In this document: one piece after another, positions 1-9,888 of the stretch
Layout of the letters: each line of letters starts with the position of its first letter
How positions within the stretch are numbered: the stretch's first letter is position 1
NCBI GenBank assembly: GCA_964454275.1
Contig: CAYVXB010000001.1
Span: 1-31,661 of the forward strand
Origin: an uncultured Chitinophagaceae bacterium
GTDB lineage: Bacteria; Bacteroidota; Bacteroidia; Chitinophagales; Chitinophagaceae
Length of the DNA: 31,661 nt
Direction of reading: 5' to 3'
Notes under the pieces: model-generated
Database searches by the model: none
Told to the model about the DNA's origin: nothing
Seen by the model: only the letters and a program-made list of their open reading frames with translations
Made by a program: the position numbers and the translations under genes

Positions 1-57
1 GTTTTTTTGATTATTAAATTTATATCAATTGTCAGATTAAATCTAAACTATTACACT

Positions 58-1074
58 TTAAGATATATTATTAAAATAATTCAATTCATCAGAAAAATTA
101 ATGGCAAGCAACTGCTGTTGCAACAATTGTGTTTGTTCTAAATAAGATTGTAGAAATGCTTGATGTTGGGGTGTTTCAGGCTGTAAGGGTTTATGCAAAT
201 ATGCTGCTCTAACTTTTTCAATCTTATGCATTAATGCCACACTTTCAGGATGTATACACATCTCCACAAATTTTTCCCAAACATATTGTGTAGCTTGATA
301 ATTAGGATGTGCTAAATCTTCTGCATAAAAACGATAATCTCTTAAATCATCTATCACCAATTCGTAAGCTGGGAAATAATGAATATGATCAAATTTTTCA
401 CATAAGGTATGTACGGTTTGTATTAGTACAGCTTTGCTTCTATTGTTATCCATTAACCCTTCACGTAAATGGCGTACAGGACTAATAGTAAGTATAATTT
501 GTACGGTAGGATTGAAATGATGTAATTGATCTATTAATGTTTGTAATGTATGTAACGTTTCGTCGGTAGATAATAATCGTTTATTAAACCAATCAGCAGG
601 CGCTTTATGGCAATTGGCTACAGCATTACCTATTTTTTTATTGCCTAAGCAATTATACTTTTCTGCTTCAGCACTAAGTTCATATACAAATGCAGAGCCT
701 AACGTAATAATAAGCCAACTAGTATTCTTTAAATATTGAAATGCTTCATATTGCGACGCATTGATTGCTTGTAAACCATCATCAATACGAACAGTAGAAA
801 AACGACTATGATAATCCCAGCTTGACCATATATCATTCCATTTAAATAGATGTTGTTTAGTATATTTTACATTTTCAATATATGAAAGCAATGAATTTGC
901 AATGCTAATAGGGTTAAATAAAATACCATGTGGATTTTGAAGTGTATTAAATTTGCGATCTGCTAAATATTTCCCCATATGCTCTGTAAAGCAAGATCCT
1001 ATCAACATTATTTTTTGGTCATACGTAATGTTTTCAGTCCAACGTTTTATAGGAAGCTCTGCTCGAAATTTCAT
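58..1074 (-). CDS. GSCFA-domain protein (SGNH/GDSL-like family, function unknown)
   Basis: 338-aa ORF with IGSCFTE (GSCFA motif variant), ITLGSAFVY, LTISPVRH and YFPAYE...DDLRDYRFY..D..HP motifs typical of the family. Confidence 0.9.
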   Translation of the reverse strand: MKFRAELPIKRWTENITYDQKIMLIGSCFTEHMGKYLADRKFNTLQNPHGILFNPISIANSLLSYIENVKYTKQHLFKWNDIWSSWDYHSRFSTVRIDDGLQAINASQYEAFQYLKNTSWLIITLGSAFVYELSAEAEKYNCLGNKKIGNAVANCHKAPADWFNKRLLSTDETLHTLQTLIDQLHHFNPTVQIILTISPVRHLREGLMDNNRSKAVLIQTVHTLCEKFDHIHYFPAYELVIDDLRDYRFYAEDLAHPNYQATQYVWEKFVEMCIHPESVALMHKIEKVRAAYLHKPLQPETPQHQAFLQSYLEQTQLLQQQLLAINFSDELNYFNNIS

Positions 1075-1124
1075 ACTATTTTAGTTTTATTATCGTTCTG
1101 AGCTGATCGAAGTATGATAATCAT

Positions 1125-1985
1125 TTATATAAAAACTTTATCCGCTTCTATAATAGCTTTCCGTAAATACGACTTATCAATATTCAATGAAATATTTTTT
1201 TCTTGTAGATAATCAATAATCCATTCAGTATTCATATTGCCCACTAATACGTCATTAGCCATGGGGCAACCACCAATGCCTTTAAGTGCTCCATCGAATC
1301 TTTTACAACCTGCATTATAGGCTGCATCTAGTTTTTCATGCCATCCTTGTGAATTGGCATGTAAGTGTACGCCAAACTGAATAGTAGGATACGCAGGTAT
1401 TAATATCGAAAGTAAACTTTTTATTTGTTGAGAATTGGCTAATCCAACGGTATCTGCTAATGAAATTATTTTAATATTTAGTGCGACTATTTTTTCTATC
1501 CATTCTAATACTAATTGTTCATTATACACATCGCCATAGGGATTGCCAAAAGCCATAGATATATACACCACTAATTCTTTGTTATACTTAATACAAAGAT
1601 TTTGTATTGCTGATACTTGTTTTAATGCCTCTTCAATAGTTTGATTGGCATTGCGTTTTTGGAAAGTGTGTGAAATGGAAAAGGGAAATCCTACATAAGA
1701 AATTTGATCAAATGCAACAGCTTGCTCCGCCCCACGGGTATTGGCTATAATAGTTAATAATTTTGTGGCTGTATTTTCTATCTTTAATTTGGATATTACT
1801 TCTGCTGTATCCGCCATTTGCGGAATGGCCTTAGGAGATACAAAACTTCCACAGTCCAATGTGTGAAAACCTACTTTAAGTAATGTATTTAAATAGTTAA
1901 CTTTTGTTGCTGTAGGTATCCATTTTTCCCAGCCCTGCATAGCATCTCTGGGGCATTCTATTAATTCAATTGTAGGCATAAGCAT
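1125..1985 (-). CDS. Hydroxymethylglutaryl-CoA lyase
   Basis: ECPRDAMQG, GSFVSPKAIPQMAD, LADTVG, GVHLH and GIGGCP motifs of the DRE-TIM HMG-CoA lyase family; start could be the second Met (1979). Confidence 0.9.
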   Translation of the reverse strand: MLMPTIELIECPRDAMQGWEKWIPTATKVNYLNTLLKVGFHTLDCGSFVSPKAIPQMADTAEVISKLKIENTATKLLTIIANTRGAEQAVAFDQISYVGFPFSISHTFQKRNANQTIEEALKQVSAIQNLCIKYNKELVVYISMAFGNPYGDVYNEQLVLEWIEKIVALNIKIISLADTVGLANSQQIKSLLSILIPAYPTIQFGVHLHANSQGWHEKLDAAYNAGCKRFDGALKGIGGCPMANDVLVGNMNTEWIIDYLQEKNISLNIDKSYLRKAIIEADKVFI

Positions 1986-1989
1986 AATA

Positions 1990-1997
1990 CAAAACTA
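1990..1997 (-). promoter_or_regulatory. Bacteroidota sigma70 -7 element (TAGTTTTG)
   Basis: Matches TAnnTTTG, 4 nt upstream of the ATG at 1985. Confidence 0.5.
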
Positions 1998-2049
1998 AGT
2001 ACGCACCGCAACAATAGCCTAATCTATTGTTGTTGAAGAGCCCTCCCCT

Positions 2050-2391
2050 CTACTCTGGCTTTTTGCAACAAGTAGGTAATTTTTTATACGAATCTTCGTT
2101 AGCTGTTACATTATCCGCATCATAGCCCACGTTAGCAATAGCTGTTTTAATATTTTCTATGTTGGTTCTGTCTGGTAAAAAAGTTACAGTAGTTTCTTTG
2201 CGCTTATAATCAACTTTTACTTTTTTAATACCATCTTCCCTCATTAAATAATTTTCGATACGTTCTTTACAGCTTTTGCATTGTACAGTAGGTGTTTTAA
2301 TTTTTATGGTTTGTGGTTTCTGTTGCGCTATAGCACTATTAAAGAAACTTAGACCAATAATAGCAACAATAAAAGTGAATATTTTTTTCAT
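2050..2391 (-). CDS. Exported heavy-metal-associated (HMA, MerP/CopZ-like) protein
   Basis: Signal peptide (MKKIFTFIVAIIG...AIAQ), metal-binding CKSC, C-terminal LPTCCK. Confidence 0.85.
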   Translation of the reverse strand: MKKIFTFIVAIIGLSFFNSAIAQQKPQTIKIKTPTVQCKSCKERIENYLMREDGIKKVKVDYKRKETTVTFLPDRTNIENIKTAIANVGYDADNVTANEDSYKKLPTCCKKPE

Positions 2392-2409
2392 ATAAAATTA
2401 AATGTTATG

Positions 2410-2417
2410 CAAAGTTA
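2410..2417 (-). promoter_or_regulatory. Bacteroidota sigma70 -7 element (TAACTTTG)
   Basis: Consensus match 18 nt upstream of the HMA gene start. Confidence 0.65.
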
Positions 2418-2459
2418 AAGCATAATTTATTGTTACTTTAACTATTCAAAAAAAATAAC

Positions 2460-3086
2460 ATGCATTTAACGATATATCATAATAACCACCCTATTTTTTT
2501 GTGTAGTGATGTAGATAATAAACACATAGAATTTTATAAAAATCATCCTAATACTGTAATTATTAACAATCCATCTGATAAAGATTTTCAATACATGCTA
2601 CAAGCGGCTGAGCAAAAAGATTTTTATGCAGGCATTTTTATCCAAAATGATTTACCCACACTGCAACATGCATACTGGAATTTTTTTACTGTTATTCTCG
2701 CAGCTGGCGCAACCGTTTTTAATGACCAAGATGAATTACTATTAATGTACAGAAGAGGTTTTTGGGATTTGCCGAAAGGAAAAGTAGATGATGGCGAAAC
2801 CCTTGAAGAATGCGCTTTGCGTGAAGTGAAGGAAGAAACGGGATTAAAAAAATTACTATTAAAAGAAAAAATCACCACTACATACCACACCTATAAAGAA
2901 AAAAGTACATACATTCTAAAAGAAACGTATTGGTTTAAAATGCTTGCTCCTGAACTTCAACCTTTAATTCCACAAACAGCAGAACAAATTGAAATACTGA
3001 AGTGGGTAAAACCAAATGAATTAGAATCATACATGAATAAAACGTATGCATCTATTAAACATACCATACAAGCAATTATTGAATAG
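2460..3086 (+). CDS. Nudix hydrolase
   Basis: Nudix box GKVDDGETLEECALREVKEETGL preceded by WDLPK. Confidence 0.9.
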   Translation: MHLTIYHNNHPIFLCSDVDNKHIEFYKNHPNTVIINNPSDKDFQYMLQAAEQKDFYAGIFIQNDLPTLQHAYWNFFTVILAAGATVFNDQDELLLMYRRGFWDLPKGKVDDGETLEECALREVKEETGLKKLLLKEKITTTYHTYKEKSTYILKETYWFKMLAPELQPLIPQTAEQIEILKWVKPNELESYMNKTYASIKHTIQAIIE

Positions 3087-3121
3087 CAGTATTTTTAATA
3101 CAATCCACAATGCAATTGCTC

Positions 3122-3129
3122 TATATTTG
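3122..3129 (+). promoter_or_regulatory. Bacteroidota sigma70 -7 element (TATATTTG)
   Basis: Consensus match 15 nt upstream of the PNP start. Confidence 0.6.
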
Positions 3130-3144
3130 TCTTAAAATTTTTGT

Positions 3145-3966
3145 ATGACAGATATTCTCACTCAATTAAATGAGGCCAAAGCATATATTCAACAACAAAC
3201 ATCAACAATACCTTTAGTAGGCATTGTATTAGGAAGTGGTCTAAGCAATCTATCTAAAGAAATAAAAGAAGAAATTAGTATTCCCTATAATCTTATTCCC
3301 CATTTTCCAGTAAGTACTGTAGAAGGCCATGATGGAAGATTAATTATAGGGTCGCTAAAAGGAAAGGCCATTGTGGCTATGGCTGGCCGTTTACATTACT
3401 ATGAAGGATACACAATCAATCAAGTAGTATTTCCTATTCGATTAATGAAATGGTTAGGCATAGAATACATTTTGATATCCAATGCTGCAGGTGGTATGAA
3501 TAAAAATTTTAAGGTGGGGGATTTAATGGTCATACAAGATCATATTAGTTTTTTTACAATTAACCCTTTAATTGGAAAAAATATAGCATCTTTTGGCCCA
3601 CGTTTTCCCGACATGAGTGAACCTTATGATACATCTCTTATAAACAAAGCTTTCAACATAGCAAAACAACATAATATACACCTACACAAGGGCGTGTACG
3701 CTGGCGTTACCGGACCCACATTTGAAACCAGATCAGAATACAAATTATTACACATTATTGGTGCAGATGCAGTAGGAATGAGTACGGTACCCGAGGTTAT
3801 TGTGGCAAGGCATATGAACATCAAAGTATTTGCAATGAGTGTGATAACAGATCTTGGTATACGAGAAGAAGATAATATTATAACCCATCAAGAAGTATTA
3901 GAAGCCGCTACCGCCGCAGAACCTAAGTTGACAACTATTTTTTCCAATTTAATTGATGTTTTATAG
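3145..3966 (+). CDS. punA: Purine-nucleoside phosphorylase (trimeric family)
   Basis: GIVLGSGL, STVEGH, GRLHYYEGY, NAAGG, GPTFET, GADAVGMSTVPEV and VLEAA motifs. Confidence 0.95.
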   Translation: MTDILTQLNEAKAYIQQQTSTIPLVGIVLGSGLSNLSKEIKEEISIPYNLIPHFPVSTVEGHDGRLIIGSLKGKAIVAMAGRLHYYEGYTINQVVFPIRLMKWLGIEYILISNAAGGMNKNFKVGDLMVIQDHISFFTINPLIGKNIASFGPRFPDMSEPYDTSLINKAFNIAKQHNIHLHKGVYAGVTGPTFETRSEYKLLHIIGADAVGMSTVPEVIVARHMNIKVFAMSVITDLGIREEDNIITHQEVLEAATAAEPKLTTIFSNLIDVL

Positions 3967-6022
3967 ATTGAAATATATTTTATCATATAACATCTTTTTA
4001 AAAAAAAAGATATTCATTACAAAATATTTGCACATAGCAATAAGTATACTTGCGTTGGCATGCCTAGAAGCAAATGCACAATTTACTCCCAATAAAAATA
4101 ATCCGTTTTCTACAAATTTTGGTCAGCAACCGTCATCGAAAAATTCAAAAGATGACTCTCTTATGCATCGAACAGGTTTAGAAGATTCTATAACAATTCG
4201 TTTTCGATATTTTGATTCTACACGTAGCCAGTTGCTAGATAATTCTATAAATAGCTTTAACAAATATCTTTCTTTACCCGAAGATTATATTTATTTGGGG
4301 GGCTTGGGTAATGCAAGTAGATCAATATTATTTTCTCCTCAAATGCTACCTGGTTGGGATGCAGGCTTTCACGCTTATGATGCATACACAACGACTATAG
4401 AAAATACTCGATTTTTCAATACTACAAGGCCCTATACACAACTAAATTATTTAATAGGATCTCGTGCAGAACAACTAATCAATGTATTACATACACAAAA
4501 TTTTACGCCTAATTGGAATATGGCATTAAATTATCACTTAGTTAGTACTCCCGGTTGGTTTAAATCTCAAAAAATAAATCATAATAATGTTACAATCAAT
4601 TCATTTTATCAAACACGTAACAAACGATATAGTATCTATTTTATTTATATATCAAACAAAATAAATGGTAGCGAAAACGGAGGTATCATTCATGATGGCT
4701 TTTTAAAAGATCTCCGATACAAGGATAGAGAGTTAATTCCGACTAGGCTTGGTGGTGATGCAGCTTATAGTACCAACTTTTTTACTAGTGCGATTACAAC
4801 TGGCAACACATACAGTGTATCTAATGTGTTATTTCGCCACCAATATGACCTAGGGCAAAAAGATTCTTTACGCATCAACGATTCAATAACGGTTAAACTA
4901 TTTTATGCTCGATTGCGATTTCAACATACTTTCCAATACAACACATATAGTTACGCATTTTTAGATACGCAAACGGACAGCGCTAATTATAAAAACTATT
5001 TTCAAATAACCATTCACCCAAATGATACTATTAGTTTTAAGGATAAGTGGAAAGAAATGATAAATACATTAAGTATCCTATCCTATCCCGACAAAAAAAA
5101 TCAAAATCAATTTTTAAATTTGGGAATTGCTATACAAAACTTAAAAGGCTTCTTTACTACACAAACCATAAATTATTATAATCTATATGCCTTGGCTGAA
5201 TACCGAAATAAAACGCGCAATCAATTGTGGGATATGGAAGCAAAAGGAAAACTATATGTAAACGGGGTAAACATGGGAGATTACCACGGCTACATAAGTT
5301 TACAGCGTTTTATTTCCCAAAAAATAGGCTCATTATCTATAGGATTTGAAAATGTAAATAGAACGCCTTCCTTTATTTTTGACCCCAAAAGTAGTTTTTT
5401 ACAAACCGGTCCCACTAGTTTAAATAAAGAAAATACAACGCATATTTTTGGAACAATCGACAACCCACATTTAAAAATTAAATTAACCGGCGACTATTAT
5501 TTAATCAATAACTATACATACTTCAACAACCTATACAATGTTGCACAAGAGAAAACATTACTCAATTTAATACACGTTAGCGCATCAAAAAAAATAGATA
5601 TAAATAAGTATTTAAAATGGTATGTTGATATTCATATACAACAAGCCAGTAATACTTCAATACTTGTTCCCCTACTTTTTACAAAAGACAAGTTGGCTTT
5701 TGAAGGAGTATTTTTTAAGAATTTAAATTTATCTACAGGTATCGAGATAAGATATCACACTCCCTATAAGGCCTATGACTACTGCCCTATAAATGGACAA
5801 TTTTATACACAACAATCGACAACAATTACCAATAGGCCAGAAGCATCAATATTTGCACACTTTGCCATTAAAAATTTTAGAGGATATGTACGATTTGAAA
5901 ATTTAAATACTTTTGATTTTAAAAATGGAGGGGCTTTTACCAGCAACAATTTAACAGCTCCATTGTATCCATCTCCTGGCTTAATATTCAGATTCGGAAT
6001 TGCTTGGAAATTTATCAACTAG
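3956..6022 (+). CDS. Putative outer-membrane beta-barrel porin (Bacteroidota putative-porin type)
   Basis: About 690 aa; hydrophobic signal ending ANAQ, YLGGLGNASRSILF, FFNTTRPYT and C-terminal FRFGIAWKFIN beta-signal-like end. The true start is uncertain (3953 is TTG, 3956 ATG; could be further downstream). Confidence 0.75.
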   Translation: MFYRLKYILSYNIFLKKKIFITKYLHIAISILALACLEANAQFTPNKNNPFSTNFGQQPSSKNSKDDSLMHRTGLEDSITIRFRYFDSTRSQLLDNSINSFNKYLSLPEDYIYLGGLGNASRSILFSPQMLPGWDAGFHAYDAYTTTIENTRFFNTTRPYTQLNYLIGSRAEQLINVLHTQNFTPNWNMALNYHLVSTPGWFKSQKINHNNVTINSFYQTRNKRYSIYFIYISNKINGSENGGIIHDGFLKDLRYKDRELIPTRLGGDAAYSTNFFTSAITTGNTYSVSNVLFRHQYDLGQKDSLRINDSITVKLFYARLRFQHTFQYNTYSYAFLDTQTDSANYKNYFQITIHPNDTISFKDKWKEMINTLSILSYPDKKNQNQFLNLGIAIQNLKGFFTTQTINYYNLYALAEYRNKTRNQLWDMEAKGKLYVNGVNMGDYHGYISLQRFISQKIGSLSIGFENVNRTPSFIFDPKSSFLQTGPTSLNKENTTHIFGTIDNPHLKIKLTGDYYLINNYTYFNNLYNVAQEKTLLNLIHVSASKKIDINKYLKWYVDIHIQQASNTSILVPLLFTKDKLAFEGVFFKNLNLSTGIEIRYHTPYKAYDYCPINGQFYTQQSTTITNRPEASIFAHFAIKNFRGYVRFENLNTFDFKNGGAFTSNNLTAPLYPSPGLIFRFGIAWKFIN

Positions 6023-6048
6023 TTTATACATACCTAAAATATAAAAAC

Positions 6049-6056
6049 TATTTTTG
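6049..6056 (+). promoter_or_regulatory. Bacteroidota sigma70 -7 element (TATTTTTG)
   Basis: Consensus match overlapping the TTG used by the ORF track, which favours ATG 6078 as the real start. Confidence 0.5.
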
Positions 6057-6077
6057 AAAGAATTAAAAAAAGAAAAT

Positions 6078-7238
6078 ATGCCCACTATCCTAGTTATTGA
6101 TGATGAAAAAGCTATACGCAGAATATTAATTGATATTTTAAAACATGAACATATTGAAACAGACGAAGCAGAAAATGGTGAGGAGGGATTGATTCAATTT
6201 AAAAAGAAACACTATGACGCAGTATTATGTGATATTAAAATGCCTAAAATAGATGGCATAAATTTCTTAGGAAAAGTGAAAGAAATAAATCCGGATATAC
6301 CCATTATTATGATATCTGGGAACAATACAATTGAAACTGCCGTAGAAGCGGTTAAAAAAGGTGCATATGACTATATCTCGAAACCACCAGACCTTAATCG
6401 CTTGCTCATTACGGTTCGAAACGCTTTAGATAAAACTACTCTAATAGCAGAAACCAAAGTATTAAAACGTAAAGTAAACCAGGTACAAGAAATGATAGGT
6501 GCATCTGAAGCTATCAAAAAAATTAAAGACACCATTGATAAAGTAGCACACACTGATGCACGTGTACTTATTACTGGAGATAATGGATCAGGAAAAGAAT
6601 TAGTAGCAAGGTGGATACACGAAAAAAGTCATCGATGCAACCAATTATTGGTAGAAGTCAATTGTGCAGCTATTCCTAGTGAATTAATTGAAAGCGAATT
6701 ATTTGGACATGAGAAAGGATCTTTTACCTCAGCCATTAAACAACGAATCGGCAAATTCGAGCAAGCAAATGGAGGAACGCTTTTTTTAGATGAAATTGGA
6801 GATATGAGCTTAAACGCACAAGCAAAAGTTTTACGAGCTCTACAAGAAGGAAAAATAACTAGAGTAGGTGGTGACAAAGAAATAACTGTAGATGTGCGAA
6901 TTATAGCTGCAACCAATAAAGATTTGTTAAAAGAGGTGGAACAAAAAAATTTTCGTTTAGATTTATACCATCGATTAAGCGTAATCCTTATTCATGTGCC
7001 AACACTTAATCAACGAAGAGAAGATATTCCTTCGTTAGTAGATAAATTATTGACAGATATTTGTGCTGATTATGGAATGGCAAAAAAAACCATTGATAAA
7101 AAAGCCATAGAAGCACTTCAACAGCATAACTGGACTGGCAATGTAAGAGAGCTACGCAATGTGGTAGAACGATTGGTTATTTTATCTGGAAAAAGCATTA
7201 CAGTTAGTGACGTAACCAGTTATGTGGAATCTGTTTAA
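6078..7238 (+). CDS. NtrC-family response regulator (REC + AAA+), sigma54-activator type
   Basis: ILVIDDE...CDIKMP receiver; Walker A GDNGSGKE, ESELFGHEKGSFTSA, Walker B LFLDEIG, WTGNVRELRN; lacks the usual C-terminal Fis-type HTH; ATG at 6078. Confidence 0.9.
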   Translation: MPTILVIDDEKAIRRILIDILKHEHIETDEAENGEEGLIQFKKKHYDAVLCDIKMPKIDGINFLGKVKEINPDIPIIMISGNNTIETAVEAVKKGAYDYISKPPDLNRLLITVRNALDKTTLIAETKVLKRKVNQVQEMIGASEAIKKIKDTIDKVAHTDARVLITGDNGSGKELVARWIHEKSHRCNQLLVEVNCAAIPSELIESELFGHEKGSFTSAIKQRIGKFEQANGGTLFLDEIGDMSLNAQAKVLRALQEGKITRVGGDKEITVDVRIIAATNKDLLKEVEQKNFRLDLYHRLSVILIHVPTLNQRREDIPSLVDKLLTDICADYGMAKKTIDKKAIEALQQHNWTGNVRELRNVVERLVILSGKSITVSDVTSYVESV

Positions 7239-7266
7239 TTTTTGATAAATATCATTATTGTTGTAT

Positions 7267-7274
7267 TACATTTG
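7267..7274 (+). promoter_or_regulatory. Bacteroidota sigma70 promoter (-7 TACATTTG; candidate -33 TTTG at 7241-7244)
   Basis: Consensus -7 element, with a TTTG 22 nt upstream, ahead of lepB. Confidence 0.55.
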
Positions 7275-7342
7275 GACATATATTTAAACTTTTAATTTGT
7301 TTATAGGTCTAACGTCACAATTTTTAATTTATACTCTTTCTT

Positions 7343-8845
7343 ATGGGCTGGATTATTTTCATTCTTTTTATACTGGGTTGGCATATTGGATTATATGGCA
7401 TGTTTAAAAAAGCGGGTATTCCTGCATGGAAAGCACTTATTCCATTTTATAACACATGGTTCATTGTTCAACTAACAAAGGTTCGTCGTATCTGGTTTTA
7501 TTTGCAATTCATACCCATTGCAGGACAATTTGTAACAATGTGGCTCAACATTATTTTTGTAATGCATTTTGGTCGTTTTAATATCTTACACCATACAGCA
7601 ACTGTATTTGTACCCTTTATATATTTTCCTTACTTAGGATTCAGTAGAGATCAACATTTTATTGGACACCAAGCATATAAGAAGTATAAAAAATCTACTC
7701 TTAGAGAATGGCTTGACGCTGGGGTATTTGCTATAGTAGCTGCCACCCTCATTCGAACATTTATTTTTGAAGCATATACCATTCCCACCGAGTCAATGGA
7801 AAAAACATTACTTGTGAATGATTTTTTATTTGTAAACAAAATGAGTTATGGTCCAAGAATTCCAACAACACCACTATCATTTCCTTTTGTACATAATACT
7901 ATGCCATTTTCACAAACAGTACCTTCTTATTTGAAATGGATTCAAATACCATACAGTAGGATTATTGGCTTTACTGAAGTTAAACGCAATGATGTAGTGG
8001 TTTTTAATTTTCCAGCAGGTGATACTATAATTAATGATCCGGAGTTTGGCAGCAAAATTCCCTACTATGATGTATTACGTTATCAATACAATGGTAATAG
8101 AGAAGCCTTAATGAATGATTACCCCATACTAGTTCACCCATATGACAAGACAGACAATTACATTAAACGATGTGTAGCCATAAGTGGCGATACCATCTCT
8201 ATAAAAGATGGACAACTATTTATTAATAACCAATTAGCCCTTATTCCAGAACAATCCCAAACAGAATATGAAGTGCAAACAAACGGTACTCCTATCTCCA
8301 ATGAATTTTTATCGGAAGAATTGGGAATTGATGCTGAAGAATCCAATAATCAAATGCAAGTTTCTAATAAACTAAATACCATCATTCTTAATATTACTGC
8401 TTCACAAAAAACCAAAGTGCAAAAATTACCGAATGTAAAATCTGTAGTACCGTTTATTATGAGCAATGACGGCGTTTTCCCATACGATTCAGCTCATTTT
8501 AAATGGAGTGCAGATAATTTTGGTCCTCTATGGATACCCAAAAAAGGTACCACCATTACATTATCTCCGCTTAACATAGCGCTTTATCATCGCATCATTA
8601 CTACATATGAAAATAATACCTTAGAAGAAAAAAATGGACAATTTATTATTAACGGAAAAGCTACCACTACTTATACCTTTAAATACAATTATTATTGGAT
8701 GATGGGCGACAATCGCCATCGAAGCCAAGATAGCCGCTTTTGGGGGTTTGTCCCTGAAACGCATGTTGTAGGTAAGGCCTCCCTTATTTGGTTTAGTTGG
8801 AATAAAGGGCCAAGGTGGAAAAGATTGTTTAAGCTTATTAATTAA
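7343..8845 (+). CDS. lepB: Signal peptidase I with N-terminal membrane extension
   Basis: Catalytic Ser in IPTESMEKTL, Lys in NYIKRC, box E MGDNRHRSQDSRFWG. Confidence 0.95.
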   Translation: MGWIIFILFILGWHIGLYGMFKKAGIPAWKALIPFYNTWFIVQLTKVRRIWFYLQFIPIAGQFVTMWLNIIFVMHFGRFNILHHTATVFVPFIYFPYLGFSRDQHFIGHQAYKKYKKSTLREWLDAGVFAIVAATLIRTFIFEAYTIPTESMEKTLLVNDFLFVNKMSYGPRIPTTPLSFPFVHNTMPFSQTVPSYLKWIQIPYSRIIGFTEVKRNDVVVFNFPAGDTIINDPEFGSKIPYYDVLRYQYNGNREALMNDYPILVHPYDKTDNYIKRCVAISGDTISIKDGQLFINNQLALIPEQSQTEYEVQTNGTPISNEFLSEELGIDAEESNNQMQVSNKLNTIILNITASQKTKVQKLPNVKSVVPFIMSNDGVFPYDSAHFKWSADNFGPLWIPKKGTTITLSPLNIALYHRIITTYENNTLEEKNGQFIINGKATTTYTFKYNYYWMMGDNRHRSQDSRFWGFVPETHVVGKASLIWFSWNKGPRWKRLFKLIN

Positions 8846-8883
8846 TGAACATTCGAAAGTCTAATAAAAAAACATTTTTGGAT

Positions 8884-8891
8884 TATTTTTG
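8884..8891 (+). promoter_or_regulatory. Bacteroidota sigma70 -7 element (TATTTTTG)
   Basis: Consensus match 17 nt upstream of apaG. Confidence 0.5.
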
Positions 8892-8908
8892 GAAAATAGC
8901 AATAAATA

Positions 8909-9295
8909 ATGGTTTCTAAAATATCACATGGTGTACGAACTAGCGTAGAGACATTTTACCAATATTCCTATAGCAACCCAATAGATGGTAATTTTGTTTT
9001 TGCCTATCGTATTACTATTGAAAACCAAAATACTTTCTCAATAAAATTATTACATAGACATTGGCGTATTTTTGATAGCATTGGATTCTATAAAGAAGTA
9101 GATGGCGAAGGTGTGGTAGGGGCAAAGCCCATTATTAATCCTAATAAGAAATATCAATACGTAAGTAGTTGTCAGCTAAATAGCGAAATGGGATGTATGT
9201 CTGGCACATATGAAATGGAAAATTTATATACCAAAGAATTATTCAAAGTCATCATTCCAACTTTTGAATTAATAGCACCTTTAAAAATGAATTAA
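8909..9295 (+). CDS. apaG: ApaG protein
   Basis: FAYRITIEN, LLHRHWRI, EVDGEGVVG, YQYVSSC and GTYEM motifs. Confidence 0.95.
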   Translation: MVSKISHGVRTSVETFYQYSYSNPIDGNFVFAYRITIENQNTFSIKLLHRHWRIFDSIGFYKEVDGEGVVGAKPIINPNKKYQYVSSCQLNSEMGCMSGTYEMENLYTKELFKVIIPTFELIAPLKMN

Positions 9296-9312
9296 TCCAT
9301 TAGATTGATACT

Positions 9313-9858
9313 ATGCCTATAACAGATGCAGAACTACTAGCTCAATTTCGTATACCTCTTACAAAAGAACAATCTTTTGGTGCTATTGTAAAAAAATATC
9401 AGGAAAAATTATACTGGCATATTCGCCGAATACTTATCCATCATGAAGACACAAATGATGTATTACAGAATTGTTTTATTAAGGTTTGGAAGGGATTAGA
9501 TAATTTCAGAGAAGATGCTCAATTATACACTTGGCTGTATCGTATAGCCACCAATGAGGCATTAACCTTTATTGAGCAACAGAAACGTAAATCATCTATT
9601 TCCTTGGATAGTATTGAATACAATAGAAGAGAAACTATAAAAGCAAGTGAACATTTTGATGCAAACAAATTAGAATGGAAATTACAATTGGCAATACAAC
9701 AACTGCCAGAAAAACAACGTATTGTTTTCAATTTACGATACTATGACGAAATGCCTTATGAGCAAATGAGTAAGGTATTGAGTACCTCTGAAGGGGCTTT
9801 AAAGGCCTCCTATCACCATGCTGTAAAAAAAGTAGAAGAATATATTTTAAACCATTAG
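9313..9858 (+). CDS. ECF-type RNA polymerase sigma-70 factor
   Basis: Region 2 (DVLQNCFIKVWK...YTWLYRIATNEA) and region 4 (LPEKQRIVFNLRYYDEMPYEQMS...ALKASYHHA). Confidence 0.95.
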   Translation: MPITDAELLAQFRIPLTKEQSFGAIVKKYQEKLYWHIRRILIHHEDTNDVLQNCFIKVWKGLDNFREDAQLYTWLYRIATNEALTFIEQQKRKSSISLDSIEYNRRETIKASEHFDANKLEWKLQLAIQQLPEKQRIVFNLRYYDEMPYEQMSKVLSTSEGALKASYHHAVKKVEEYILNH

Positions 9859-9888
9859 GTAGAATAAAAGTCATAACTCCGACTATAT

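Noticed and set aside
3995-4008. T5-A9 tract in the porin 5' region as a phase-variation switch
   Set aside because: Runs of 8-9 A or T recur throughout this AT-rich window, and the tract may lie upstream of the true start.
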